Part shown: piece after piece, positions 6,687 to 15,085 of the stretch | Layout of the letters: each line of letters begins with the position of its first letter | Numbering within the stretch: position 1 is the stretch's first letter | Virus genome (UHGV): UHGV-0381259 | DNA: 21,264 nucleotides | Strand: one strand, 5' to 3' | Source of the DNA: a virus | Notes under the pieces: generated by a model | Seen by the model: only the letters and a program-made list of their open reading frames with translations | What the model was told of the DNA's origin: nothing | The model's database searches: none | Program-made: the position numbers and the translations under genes

Positions 6687-6704
6687 TGTGTGGTAGTCGG
6701 TACA
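6687..6704. promoter_or_regulatory. P2 late-promoter activator dyad (TGT-N12-ACA, Ogr/Delta-type site) in the divergent P/O region
   Basis: TGTGTGGTAGTCGGTACA sits in the 141-bp gap between divergent P and O, about 80-95 bp upstream of the O start. Confidence 0.5.
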
Positions 6705-6781
6705 AATACCGCGCATTGTTTCACTGCCCCATCACCGCAACCATAAGGCTCCAGTAAGTTTTTTCTAACGGAGCACGGCTC

Positions 6782-7615
6782 ATGACAGTGAAAGCAAAGC
6801 GTTTTCGCATCGGGGTGGAAGGTGCCACCACCGACGGACGCGAAATCCAGCGTGAATGGCTGGAACAGATGGCAGCCAGCTACAACCCGGCGGTGTACAC
6901 CGCGCTGATTAACCTTGAGCACATCAAGTCTTATCTGCCGGACAGCACCTTTAACCGCTACGGCAAGGTGACGGCGCTGTTTGCTGAAGAAATCACGGAA
7001 GGTCCGCTGGCGGGCAAGATGGCACTGTATGCCGACGTTGAGCCAACGGAGTCCCTGGTGGAACTGGTGAAAAAAGGCCAGAAATTATTCACCTCTATGG
7101 AAGTCAGCCCGAAGTTTGCTGATACGGGCAAAGCCTACCTGGTCGGCCTGGCTGCTACAGATGATCCCGCCAGTCTGGGCACTGAAATGCTGACATTCAG
7201 CGCCAGTGCAGCCCATAACCCGCTGGCAAACCGCAAGCAGAATCCTGCCAATCTCTTTACCGCTGCAGAGGAAACGGTGATCGAACTGGAAGAAATCCAG
7301 GATGACAAACCGTCCCTGTTTTCCCGCGTCACGGCGCTGTTCACCAAAAAAGAGCAGTCAGACGATGCCCGGTTCTCTGATGTGCATAAGGCCGTGGAGC
7401 TGGTCGCCACTGAGCAGCAAAACCTGAGTGCGCGCACCGAAAAATCCCTGTCTGAACAGGAAGAACGCCTGTCTGAGCTGGAGACAGCCCTGCAGGCACA
7501 GCAGACCGCCTTTAACGAACTGGTGGACAAGCTGAGCCATGAAGACAGCCGCCAGGACTACCGCCAGCGTGCAACAGGCGGTAACGCCCCCGCTGACACT
7601 CTGACCAATTGCTGA
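6782..7615 (+). CDS. O: Capsid scaffolding protein O (gpO family)
   Basis: 277-aa product; N-terminus MTVKAKRFRIGVEGATTDGREI and gene order (P<->O-N-M-L) match P2 gpO. Confidence 0.9.
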   Translation: MTVKAKRFRIGVEGATTDGREIQREWLEQMAASYNPAVYTALINLEHIKSYLPDSTFNRYGKVTALFAEEITEGPLAGKMALYADVEPTESLVELVKKGQKLFTSMEVSPKFADTGKAYLVGLAATDDPASLGTEMLTFSASAAHNPLANRKQNPANLFTAAEETVIELEEIQDDKPSLFSRVTALFTKKEQSDDARFSDVHKAVELVATEQQNLSARTEKSLSEQEERLSELETALQAQQTAFNELVDKLSHEDSRQDYRQRATGGNAPADTLTNC

Positions 7616-7631
7616 TGGAGCACAAAACCTG

Positions 7632-8690
7632 ATGAAGAAGAATACCCGCTTTGCTTTTAACGCTTACCTGCAGCAGCTGGCGCGTCTGAACGGTGTGGCA
7701 GTTGAAGAACTGTCCAGCAAGTTCACTGTAGAGCCGTCCGTGCAGCAGACGCTGGAAGACCAGATCCAGCAGTCCGCCGCATTCCTGACGCTGATTAACG
7801 TCACGCCAGTGACTGAGCAGTCCGGTCAGCTGCTTGGATTGGGTGTTGGCAGCACCATTGCCGGAACCACTGATACCACCGCGAAAGAGCGTGAGCCTGT
7901 CGATCCGACGCTGATGGTCGATGTGGAATATAAATGCGAGCAGACCAACTTTGACACGGTGCTGACCTACGCGAAGCTGGATCTGTGGGCGAAGTTTCAG
8001 GATTTCCAGGTGCGCATCCGTGACGCCATCGTGAAACGTCAGGCACTGGACCGCATCATGATCGGCTTTAACGGCGTGAAGCGTGCGAAAACCTCCAACC
8101 GTAGCGAAAACCCGCTGCTGCAGGATGTGAACAAAGGCTGGCTGCAGAAAATCCGTGAGGATGCACCGGATCACGTCATGGGCAGCACCACCACGGGCGG
8201 TGAAACCACTCCGGGGGCGGTGAAAGTCGGGAAAGGTGGCGAATATGCCAACCTGGACGCCGTGGTGATGGATGCCGTTAATGAGCTTATCGACGTGGTC
8301 TACCAGGACGATGACGATCTGGTGGTGATTTGTGGTCGTGAACTGCTGTCTGACAAGTATTTCCCGCTGGTCAACAAAGAGCAGGAAAACAGTGAAAAAC
8401 TGGCTGCCGATATGATCATCAGCCAGAAACGCATGGGTGGCCTGCAGGCCGTGCGTGCGCCATTCTTCCCGCCGAATGCGCTGCTGATCACCCGTCTGGA
8501 TAACCTGTCCATCTACTGGCAGGAAGACACCCGCCGCCGTTCAGTTATCGACAACCCGAAACGTGACCGGATTGAAAACTTTGAATCCGTTAACGAAGCC
8601 TATGTGGTTGAGGACTACCGCTGCGCCGCACTGGTGGAAAACATCCAGATTGGCGACTTCAGCGCCGCCGCAGCAGAAACCGGAGCGTAA
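7632..8690 (+). CDS. N: Major capsid protein N (gpN family)
   Basis: 352-aa product aligns along its length with P2 gpN as recalled (TRFAFNAYL...KFTVEPSVQQTL...LDLWAKFQDFQVRIRDAIVKRQ...VVEDY). Confidence 0.93.
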   Translation: MKKNTRFAFNAYLQQLARLNGVAVEELSSKFTVEPSVQQTLEDQIQQSAAFLTLINVTPVTEQSGQLLGLGVGSTIAGTTDTTAKEREPVDPTLMVDVEYKCEQTNFDTVLTYAKLDLWAKFQDFQVRIRDAIVKRQALDRIMIGFNGVKRAKTSNRSENPLLQDVNKGWLQKIREDAPDHVMGSTTTGGETTPGAVKVGKGGEYANLDAVVMDAVNELIDVVYQDDDDLVVICGRELLSDKYFPLVNKEQENSEKLAADMIISQKRMGGLQAVRAPFFPPNALLITRLDNLSIYWQEDTRRRSVIDNPKRDRIENFESVNEAYVVEDYRCAALVENIQIGDFSAAAAETGA

Positions 8691-8693
8691 TCC

Positions 8694-9344
8694 ATGAGCC
8701 TGAGTCCCGCACGGCAGCATCGCCTGCGCGTTCAGGCTGAACAGGCCGCCCGTGAGGGTGGCAGTGTTCGCCACGCGTCGGGCTATGACCTGATGCTGCT
8801 GCAACTGGCAGAAGACCGCCGCCGTCTCAAGGGCGTTCAGTCCACGGTGAAAAAAGCGGAAATCAAGGTGGAGCTGCTGCCGAAATATGCCGCCTGGGCG
8901 GAGGGCGTCCTGGCTGCCGGAGGCGCTCAACAGGATGACGTGCTGATGTACGTGATGCTGTGGCGCATTGATGCCGGAGATTATGCCGGGGCGCTGGAGA
9001 TCGGGCGTCATGCCCTGCGTCATGGCTGGGTGATGCCGCTGGGTAACCGCAACGTGCAGACCGTGCTGGCAGAGGAAATGGCAGACGCCGCGCAGAGCGC
9101 AATACTTGCCGCCACCGGCTTTGATGCCGATCTGTTGTTGCAGACGCTGGAGCTGACAGACGGTCTGGATATGCCGGACCAGTCACGGGCGCGTCTGCAT
9201 AAAGCGATTGGCGCTGTCCTGAGTGAAAGCAATCCGGCTTCCGCCCTTAATCATCTCAACCATGCGTTACAGCTCGATCCCCGCTGTGGCGTGAAAAAAG
9301 ACAAACAGCAGCTGGAGCGCAGACTGCGCAATGACAGCCGCTGA
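8694..9344 (+). CDS. M: Terminase small (endonuclease) subunit M (gpM family)
   Basis: 216-aa product similar to P2 gpM (LRHA..Y..ML..LA.D.R.LK...ELLP...GAQDD.LM.VMLWR.D.GD.AGALEI); immediately follows N. Confidence 0.88.
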   Translation: MSLSPARQHRLRVQAEQAAREGGSVRHASGYDLMLLQLAEDRRRLKGVQSTVKKAEIKVELLPKYAAWAEGVLAAGGAQQDDVLMYVMLWRIDAGDYAGALEIGRHALRHGWVMPLGNRNVQTVLAEEMADAAQSAILAATGFDADLLLQTLELTDGLDMPDQSRARLHKAIGAVLSESNPASALNHLNHALQLDPRCGVKKDKQQLERRLRNDSR

Positions 9345-9439
9345 CAGAACGTGCCCCCGCGCACGGGCGGCACGGGGTGGCGAAAGGCACTGCCACATCA
9401 AAACCCCGTCCACCGCCCTCTATTTCAGGAGAACGCAGC

Positions 9440-9904
9440 ATGAAGTTTGTTGCGCCAGAACAGGCACCGGAACAGGCGGAAATCATCAGGAATACGCCGT
9501 TCTGGCCTGATGTGGACTTGTCGGAGTTTCGCAGTGTCATGCGCACTGACGGCACGGTGACGCAGCCGCGTTTAAAGCAGGTTGCGCTGTCGGCAATTTC
9601 GGAGGTTAACGCAGAGCTGTATGAGTTTCGCAGACGTCAGCAGATGCTGGGGTATGCGTCGCTGGCTGAGGTTCCGGCGGAACAGCTGGACGGCAAAAGT
9701 GAGCGCATCCAGCACTATTTCAACGCGGTTTACTGCTGGGCATGCGCCATGCTCAACGAACGATACCAGGACTATGACGCCACGGCATCCGGTGTGAAGC
9801 GAGGCGAGGAACTGGCGGAATCCAGCGGTGATTTGTGGCGTGACGCCCGCTGGGCCATCAGCCGGGTGCAGGATGCGCCGCACTGCACAGTGGAGCTTAT
9901 CTGA
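9440..9904 (+). CDS. L: Head completion/stabilisation protein L (gpL family)
   Basis: Start placed at ATG 9440 (MKFVAPEQ..., AGGAGA RBS) rather than the track start 9377; size and position after M fit gpL. Confidence 0.8.
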   Translation: MKFVAPEQAPEQAEIIRNTPFWPDVDLSEFRSVMRTDGTVTQPRLKQVALSAISEVNAELYEFRRRQQMLGYASLAEVPAEQLDGKSERIQHYFNAVYCWACAMLNERYQDYDATASGVKRGEELAESSGDLWRDARWAISRVQDAPHCTVELI

Positions 9905-10107
9905 TGAAAGTGCGTGCGCATCAGTATGACACGGTGGACGCGCTTTGCTGGCGTCATTACGGGCGCACGCAGGGTGTCACGGAGCAGGTACTGAAGGCAA
10001 ATCCGGGGCTTGCCGAATATGGCCCCTTTTTACCTCACGGGCTGCAGGTGGAGCTGCCGGACATTCCGACTACCACCACCGTGCAGACCGTCCAGCTATG
10101 GGACTGA
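9904..10107 (+). CDS. X: Tail protein X (gpX, LysM-like)
   Basis: 67-aa product MKVRAHQYDTVDALCWRHYGRTQGVTEQVLKANPGLAEYG matches the P2 gpX pattern and length; start overlaps the L stop. Confidence 0.85.
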   Translation: MKVRAHQYDTVDALCWRHYGRTQGVTEQVLKANPGLAEYGPFLPHGLQVELPDIPTTTTVQTVQLWD

Positions 10108-10110
10108 ATT

Positions 10111-10326
10111 ATGACGCTTGAGCGAATCAGCGCCTTTATCACGTACTGCATCGCCGTTGTGCTGGCCTGGCTGGGTGATTTGTCCATCAAGGATGCCTCA
10201 ACGCTGGGCGGCCTGATGATCGGTGTGCTGATGCTGGCTATCAACTGGTACTACAAACACAAAGCCTACCAGCTTCTGCGCGACGGGCAGATCTCGCGGG
10301 AGGACTATGAATCCATCAATCGTTAA
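10111..10326 (+). CDS. Holin (small, two predicted TM segments; pinholin-like)
   Basis: 71-aa protein with two hydrophobic stretches and a charged C-terminal tail; immediately upstream of, and overlapping, the endolysin gene. Confidence 0.65.
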   Translation: MTLERISAFITYCIAVVLAWLGDLSIKDASTLGGLMIGVLMLAINWYYKHKAYQLLRDGQISREDYESINR

Positions 10327-10819
10327 ACGCTGCCTTGTCGGGGCCGTGCTGGCTATTGCTGCCACGCTGCCGGGTTTTCAGCAGCTTCACACCTCCGTGG
10401 AAGGGCTGAAACTGATTGCCGATTACGAAGGTTGTCGTCTGCAGCCGTATCAGTGCAGCGCGGGTGTCTGGACCGACGGCATTGGTAATACGTCGGGCGT
10501 CATTCCCGGCAAAACCATTACGGAGCGACAGGCAGCAGAAGGGCTGATCTCCAACGTGCTGCGTGTGGAGCGGGCGCTGGAAAGGTGTGTGAAGCAACAG
10601 CCGCCGCAGAAGGTGTATGACGCTGCGGTGTCGTTTGCCTTCAACGTGGGTACGGGCAATGCCTGCAGTTCCACGCTGGTGAAATTGCTCAATCAGCGGC
10701 GCTGGGCGGATGCGTGCCGACAGTTGCCGCGCTGGGTGTATGTAAAAGGTGTGTTTAATCAGGGGCTGGATAACCGCCGTGCGCGGGAGATGGCCTGGTG
10801 CTTACAGGGAGCAAACTGA
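10307..10819 (+). CDS. Endolysin, T4-lysozyme-like muramidase with N-terminal SAR/signal-anchor segment
   Basis: N-terminal Gly/Ala-rich hydrophobic segment (CLVGAVLAIAATLPG) followed by YEGCRLQPYQCSAGVWTDGIGNT, which fits the E-8aa-(D/C)-5aa-T catalytic signature of GH24 phage lysozymes. Confidence 0.8.
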   Translation: MNPSIVKRCLVGAVLAIAATLPGFQQLHTSVEGLKLIADYEGCRLQPYQCSAGVWTDGIGNTSGVIPGKTITERQAAEGLISNVLRVERALERCVKQQPPQKVYDAAVSFAFNVGTGNACSSTLVKLLNQRRWADACRQLPRWVYVKGVFNQGLDNRRAREMAWCLQGAN

Positions 10820-10820
10820 A

Positions 10821-11198
10821 ATGAAAAAGAAAGTAATCAGCGGGCTGTTTCTGATGTTATGGATAGCGCTGTTAATCGCCGCAATGGTGTATCCGCAGGG
10901 GATTTTTCCGGTACTGGCAGCATCTGGTGTCTGGGTAGCCTGTGTGCTGACATGGGCAGTAATTCCGGTATCACTGGCTGCGTTAATTAAGAACGGCCCG
11001 CTCTGGCAGGAGTTGAGGGCATCTTTGCTGAAGACAATTACCCGAAAAGAAAACGTATTTATCAGCTGGATGATGCGATTGCTGATTGTCGTCAGTCTCG
11101 CCTGGACGGGGTGGGCTATTACCCTGGTCTTTTATCTACTGACCGTTATTGCCTTCTGGATCACCCGTAATCAGATGGCGCAACAGGTAGCAGCATGA
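10821..11198 (+). CDS. lysA: LysA-like membrane protein (lysis timing/accessory)
   Basis: About 125-aa product with several hydrophobic TM-like segments, in the P2 lysA position; start taken at ATG 10821 within the longer track ORF. Confidence 0.6.
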   Translation: MKKKVISGLFLMLWIALLIAAMVYPQGIFPVLAASGVWVACVLTWAVIPVSLAALIKNGPLWQELRASLLKTITRKENVFISWMMRLLIVVSLAWTGWAITLVFYLLTVIAFWITRNQMAQQVAA

Positions 11199-11623
11199 AC
11201 CGGTTGCTGCTGGTTGTGCTGGCGTTATTACTGGCGGCGCTGGGCTGGCAGACGTGGCGGCTGGCTGATGCCAGCCAGACCATCAGCACGCAGGCAGATG
11301 AGCTTCGGAGCAAAAGCCAGGCACTGGCAAAGAGCAACAGCCAGCTTATCAGCCTGTCCATTCTGACAGAAACCAACAACCGGGAGCAGGCGCGACTCTA
11401 TGCCGACGCAGAACAGACCAGCGCACTACTGAGACAACGACAACACCGGATTGAGGAACTGAAACGTGAGAACGAGAATTTACGCCGCTGGGCTGATACT
11501 CCTTTGCCTGCTGACATTATCCGGCTGCGGGAACGCCCCACACTCACCGGAGGTGCAGCTTACCGTCAGTGGTTGTCCGCGAGTGACGCAGTGTCGGCTG
11601 GGGCAGGCAGCGCCTCGCACTAA
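11195..11623 (+). CDS. lysB: LysB, Rz-like inner-membrane spanin
   Basis: 142-aa product with N-terminal TM segment (LLLVVLALLLAALGW) then a long charged coiled-coil-like region; ATGA overlap with lysA. Confidence 0.7.
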   Translation: MNRLLLVVLALLLAALGWQTWRLADASQTISTQADELRSKSQALAKSNSQLISLSILTETNNREQARLYADAEQTSALLRQRQHRIEELKRENENLRRWADTPLPADIIRLRERPTLTGGAAYRQWLSASDAVSAGAGSASH

Positions 11624-11756
11624 CGGTGACCTGAACGCGTTGCTGGATGAAACGGAGGCCGCCTGGGCGGTCTGTGCAGACAAAGTGGACATGATTATTG
11701 CGTGTCAGGAGCGAAACAGTGAACAAACCACAATCCCTGCGCCACGCCCTCAATAA
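11466..11756 (+). CDS. lysC: LysC, Rz1-like outer-membrane lipoprotein spanin, embedded in the +1 frame of lysB
   Basis: Lipobox LTLSGC after a hydrophobic signal segment; Cys/Pro-containing mature region; ORF starts inside lysB and runs past its stop into the R start region. Confidence 0.6.
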   Translation: MRTRIYAAGLILLCLLTLSGCGNAPHSPEVQLTVSGCPRVTQCRLGQAAPRTNGDLNALLDETEAAWAVCADKVDMIIACQERNSEQTTIPAPRPQ

Positions 11757-12150
11757 AGCGGTGCCTTATGTCCGCAATAACCCGGACAAACTGCATCTGT
11801 TTGTGGATAACGGTTCGCTGGTTGCCACGGGGGCCAGCTCCATGTCGTGGGAGTACCGTTACACACTGAACGCGGTGATTGAGGATTTCAGCGGCGACCA
11901 GAATCTGCTGATGGCCCCGGTTTTGCTGTGGCTGAGGGATAACCAGCCCGATGCCATCAATAACCCGGCGTTACGGGAAAAGCTATTCACCTTTGAGGTG
12001 GATATTCTGCGCAACGATGTCTGTGATATCAGCCTGAACCTGCAACTGACGGAACGTGTGCTGGTCAGCACTGACGGCAGTGTGTCGAGCGTTGAAGCTA
12101 TAGCGGAACCTGATGCACCTGAAGAAATGTGGACGGTGAAACGTGGCTGA
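11719..12150 (+). CDS. R: Tail completion protein R (gpR family)
   Basis: Product from GTG 11719 (VNKPQSLRHAL...FVDNGS...VLLWLRDNQPD...) parallels P2 gpR as recalled; start codon choice is uncertain. Confidence 0.8.
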   Translation: MNKPQSLRHALNKAVPYVRNNPDKLHLFVDNGSLVATGASSMSWEYRYTLNAVIEDFSGDQNLLMAPVLLWLRDNQPDAINNPALREKLFTFEVDILRNDVCDISLNLQLTERVLVSTDGSVSSVEAIAEPDAPEEMWTVKRG

Positions 12151-12589
12151 ACTGCAGAAGGTGGACGACTGGCTGAGTGCCTTGCTGGCGAATCTGGAAC
12201 CAGCCTCGAGAAGCCGCATGATGCGCCAGCTGGCGCAGGAACTTCGCCGGACACAGCAGCAGAATATCAGGATGCAGCGCAACCCTGACGGCAGCAGCTA
12301 TGAACCGCGACGGGTAACAGCACGCAGTAAAAAAGGCCGTATCAAACGTCAGATGTTTGCAAAGCTGCGCACCACAAAATACCTGAAAACAGCTGCCAGC
12401 ACCGACTCTGCCAGCGTGCAGTTTGAAGGCAAGGTGCAGCGCATTGCCCGCGTTCACCATTACGGCCTGCGAGATCGCGTCAGTCGTAAGGGACCGGAGG
12501 TGCGTTACGCAGAGCGTCGCCTTCTGGGTGTAAATGATGATGTTGAGGCAATGACCCGCGACATGATTCTGCAATGGCTGGCGGGGTGA
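12143..12589 (+). CDS. S: Tail completion protein S (gpS family)
   Basis: 148-aa ORF overlapping the R stop, in the P2 S position; GTG start. Confidence 0.8.
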   Translation: MAELQKVDDWLSALLANLEPASRSRMMRQLAQELRRTQQQNIRMQRNPDGSSYEPRRVTARSKKGRIKRQMFAKLRTTKYLKTAASTDSASVQFEGKVQRIARVHHYGLRDRVSRKGPEVRYAERRLLGVNDDVEAMTRDMILQWLAG

Positions 12590-12593
12590 TCTT

Positions 12594-12611
12594 TGTATCA
12601 GCACTGATACA
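12594..12611. promoter_or_regulatory. P2 late-promoter activator dyad (TGT-N12-ACA) upstream of gene V
   Basis: TGTATCAGCACTGATACA, a near-perfect palindrome, lies about 50-65 bp upstream of the V start codon in the S-V gap. Confidence 0.55.
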
Positions 12612-12657
12612 AGTTGCAGCACTGCCGCCTTTCTTCCCCTGATGGCAACCTTTCCCT

Positions 12658-13236
12658 ATGAACGCACAATTAACCGAAATCATGCGCCTTATCACCAACC
12701 TGATCCGCACAGGGGTAGTCACCGAAGTGGACAGGGAAAACTGGCTTTGCCGGGTGAAAACGGGCGAGCTTGAAACCAACTGGATCAGCTGGCTGACGCT
12801 GCGTGCCGGGAATGCCCGTACATGGTGGCGACCATCGGAAGGTGAGCAGGTGGTGTTGCTGAGTCTGGGCGGCAATCTGGAAACCGCCTTTGCGCTGCCC
12901 GCTGTCTATTCGAATCAGTTCGCACCACCGTCGACGTCGGCGGACGCCTGCGTGACAGAACATCCTGACGGTGGCTGGTTTGAATACGAACCCGCCACCG
13001 GGCGCTGGTATGTCAGGGGCATCAAATCAATGGTCATTGAGGCTGCTGACAACATCACCATGAAAACCAGTGAGTTTGTACTGGAGGCTGACCGCACGCG
13101 CATTAACAGCGAAGTGGTGATCAATGGTGGCGTTACCCAGGGCGGCGGAGCGATGAGTTCTAACGGGATCGTGGTTGATGCGCATCAGCATACTGGCGTC
13201 CTGAAAGGCGGCGATACAACCGGAGGCCCGGTATGA
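12658..13236 (+). CDS. V: Baseplate spike/assembly protein V (gpV family)
   Basis: 192-aa product; N-terminal region (ITNLIRTGVVTEVD...) and Gly-rich C-terminus are typical of gpV; gene order fits. Confidence 0.88.
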   Translation: MNAQLTEIMRLITNLIRTGVVTEVDRENWLCRVKTGELETNWISWLTLRAGNARTWWRPSEGEQVVLLSLGGNLETAFALPAVYSNQFAPPSTSADACVTEHPDGGWFEYEPATGRWYVRGIKSMVIEAADNITMKTSEFVLEADRTRINSEVVINGGVTQGGGAMSSNGIVVDAHQHTGVLKGGDTTGGPV

Positions 13237-13592
13237 CGCTTTATAGCGGGATGAACAATACCAGCGGCAAAGTCATTACTGATATTGATCATCTGCGCCA
13301 GTCGGTGCGGGACATTCTGCTGACACCGCAGGGTAGCCGTATTGCCCGCCGGGAATATGGTTCCCTGCTGTCGGCACTGATAGATCAGCCACAAAATCCG
13401 GCATTACGCCTGCAGGTCATGTCGGCAGTGTATGTGGCGCTGAGTCGCTGGGAGCCACGGTTGACGCTGGATTCCATCACCATCAACAGCAATTTTGACG
13501 GTTCAATGGTGGTGGAGCTGACCGGGCGGCGGAATAACGGTGTGCCTGTGTCCCTTTCCGTATCAACAGGAGCAGAGAATGGCAGTGATTGA
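13233..13592 (+). CDS. W: Baseplate wedge protein W (gp25-like)
   Basis: 119-aa product (DIDHLRQSVRDILLTPQGSRIARREYGS...) typical of the gpW/gp25 family; ATGA overlap with V. Confidence 0.88.
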   Translation: MTLYSGMNNTSGKVITDIDHLRQSVRDILLTPQGSRIARREYGSLLSALIDQPQNPALRLQVMSAVYVALSRWEPRLTLDSITINSNFDGSMVVELTGRRNNGVPVSLSVSTGAENGSD

Positions 13593-14487
13593 CCTTTCGC
13601 AGTTGCCTGCACCGCAGATTGTGGATGTGCCGGACTTTGAGACGCTGCTTGCCGAACGCAAGGCAGAATTTGTGGCGCTTCATCCGAAAGATGAGCAGGA
13701 AGCCGTGATCCGCACGCTGGAACTGGAATCTGAACCCGCCACTAAATTGTTGCAGGAGAACGCTTACCGTGAGTTGCTTCTGCGCAAGCGCATTAACGAA
13801 GCCGCGCAGGCGGTGATGGTGGCTTACGCGATGGGCGGCGATCTTGACCAGCTCGCTGCCAACTACAACGTGACACGCCTGACGGTGACGCCTGCTGATA
13901 ATGATGCTGTGCCGCCCGTTGCAGCTGTGATGGAAAGCGATGAAGCGTTGCGCCTGCGTGTGCCTGCAGCCTTTGAAGGGCTTTCTGTTGCGGGGCCAAC
14001 TGCAGCTTATGAATTTCATGCCCGAAGCGCCGACGGTCGGGTGGCGGATGCCAGTGCAACCAGCCCGGCACCTGCAGAGGTGGTGCTGACTGTCCTTAGC
14101 CGCGAAGGCGATGGAACTGCAGAAAAAGACCTGCTGGACGTGGTGGAAAAAGCTCTGAACAGTGAGAACGTCCGCCCGGTGGCTGACCGTCTTACGGTTC
14201 GCAGCGCAGAAATCATCCCGTATCGCGTGGAAGCCACCATTTTTCTCTATCCGGGACCGGAAGTAGAGCCGGTAATGGCAGCGGCAAAAGCCAGTCTGCA
14301 GAAGTACATTGCCAGCCAGACGAGGCTTGGTCGGGATATTCGCCGTAGCGCCATCTTTGCTGCTCTGCATGTTGAGGGTGTTCAACGTGTGGAACTGGCT
14401 TCTCCGCTGGCGGATGTGGTCCTGAACAAAACACAGGCGGCATCATGTACGCAGTGGAGCGTAACCAACGGAGGAACGGATGAATAG
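13579..14487 (+). CDS. J: Baseplate assembly protein J (gpJ family)
   Basis: Start taken at ATG 13579 (MAVIDLSQLPAPQIVDVPDFETLLAERKAEF...) rather than the track start 13540; about 302 aa as in P2 gpJ. Confidence 0.88.
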   Translation: MAVIDLSQLPAPQIVDVPDFETLLAERKAEFVALHPKDEQEAVIRTLELESEPATKLLQENAYRELLLRKRINEAAQAVMVAYAMGGDLDQLAANYNVTRLTVTPADNDAVPPVAAVMESDEALRLRVPAAFEGLSVAGPTAAYEFHARSADGRVADASATSPAPAEVVLTVLSREGDGTAEKDLLDVVEKALNSENVRPVADRLTVRSAEIIPYRVEATIFLYPGPEVEPVMAAAKASLQKYIASQTRLGRDIRRSAIFAALHVEGVQRVELASPLADVVLNKTQAASCTQWSVTNGGTDE

Positions 14488-15085
14488 TCTGCTGCCACCG
14501 GGTTCAACTTCACTGGAGCGCCGACTGGCGCAAACCTGTAGCGGGATTTCTGATTTGCAGGTGCCGCTGCGTGACTTGTGGAATCCGGCTACCTGTCCGG
14601 TCAGCTTCCTGCCTTATCTCGCCTGGGCGTTCTCTGTGGATCGCTGGGATGAGGGCTGGACAGAAAGCGTCAAACGCCAGGTAGTGAAGGATGCTTTTTA
14701 TATTCATCAGCATAAAGGAACCACCAGTGCCGTGCGGCGGGTGGTGGAACCGTTCGGATTCCTGATCCGCATTATTGAGTGGTGGCAGACCGGAGAAACA
14801 CCGGGCACGTTTCGCCTGGATATCGGCGTGCAGGACCAGGGCATCACTGAAGATACCTATCTGGAACTTGAGCGACTGATAAGCGATGCCAAACCATGTA
14901 GCCGCCACATGATCGGTATGTCCATCAATCTGCAGACCAGCGGCCCGCATTGGGTGGGAGCCGCCAGCTATCTTGGCGAAGAAATCACGATCTATCCGTA
15001 TATCAACGAAACGATTATTTCCGGTGGCACCGCGCATGAAGGCGGGGCGGTCCATGTTATTGACACAATGAGAGTGAATCCATGA
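14480..15085 (+). CDS. I: Baseplate/tail-fibre attachment protein I (gpI family)
   Basis: 201-aa ORF overlapping the J stop and H start, in the P2 I position. Confidence 0.85.
   Translation: MNSLLPPGSTSLERRLAQTCSGISDLQVPLRDLWNPATCPVSFLPYLAWAFSVDRWDEGWTESVKRQVVKDAFYIHQHKGTTSAVRRVVEPFGFLIRIIEWWQTGETPGTFRLDIGVQDQGITEDTYLELERLISDAKPCSRHMIGMSINLQTSGPHWVGAASYLGEEITIYPYINETIISGGTAHEGGAVHVIDTMRVNP

Noticed and set aside
7512-8174. 220-aa minus-strand ORF antisense to the major capsid gene N
   Set aside because: Antisense to a highly conserved capsid gene; composition-driven spurious ORF.
12098-12622. 174-aa minus-strand ORF antisense to S
   Set aside because: Overlaps conserved tail completion genes; no start context or recognisable motifs.
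13483-14385. 300-aa minus-strand ORF antisense to W/J
   Set aside because: Overlaps conserved baseplate genes on the opposite strand; Cys/Arg/His-rich low-complexity translation typical of antisense frames.
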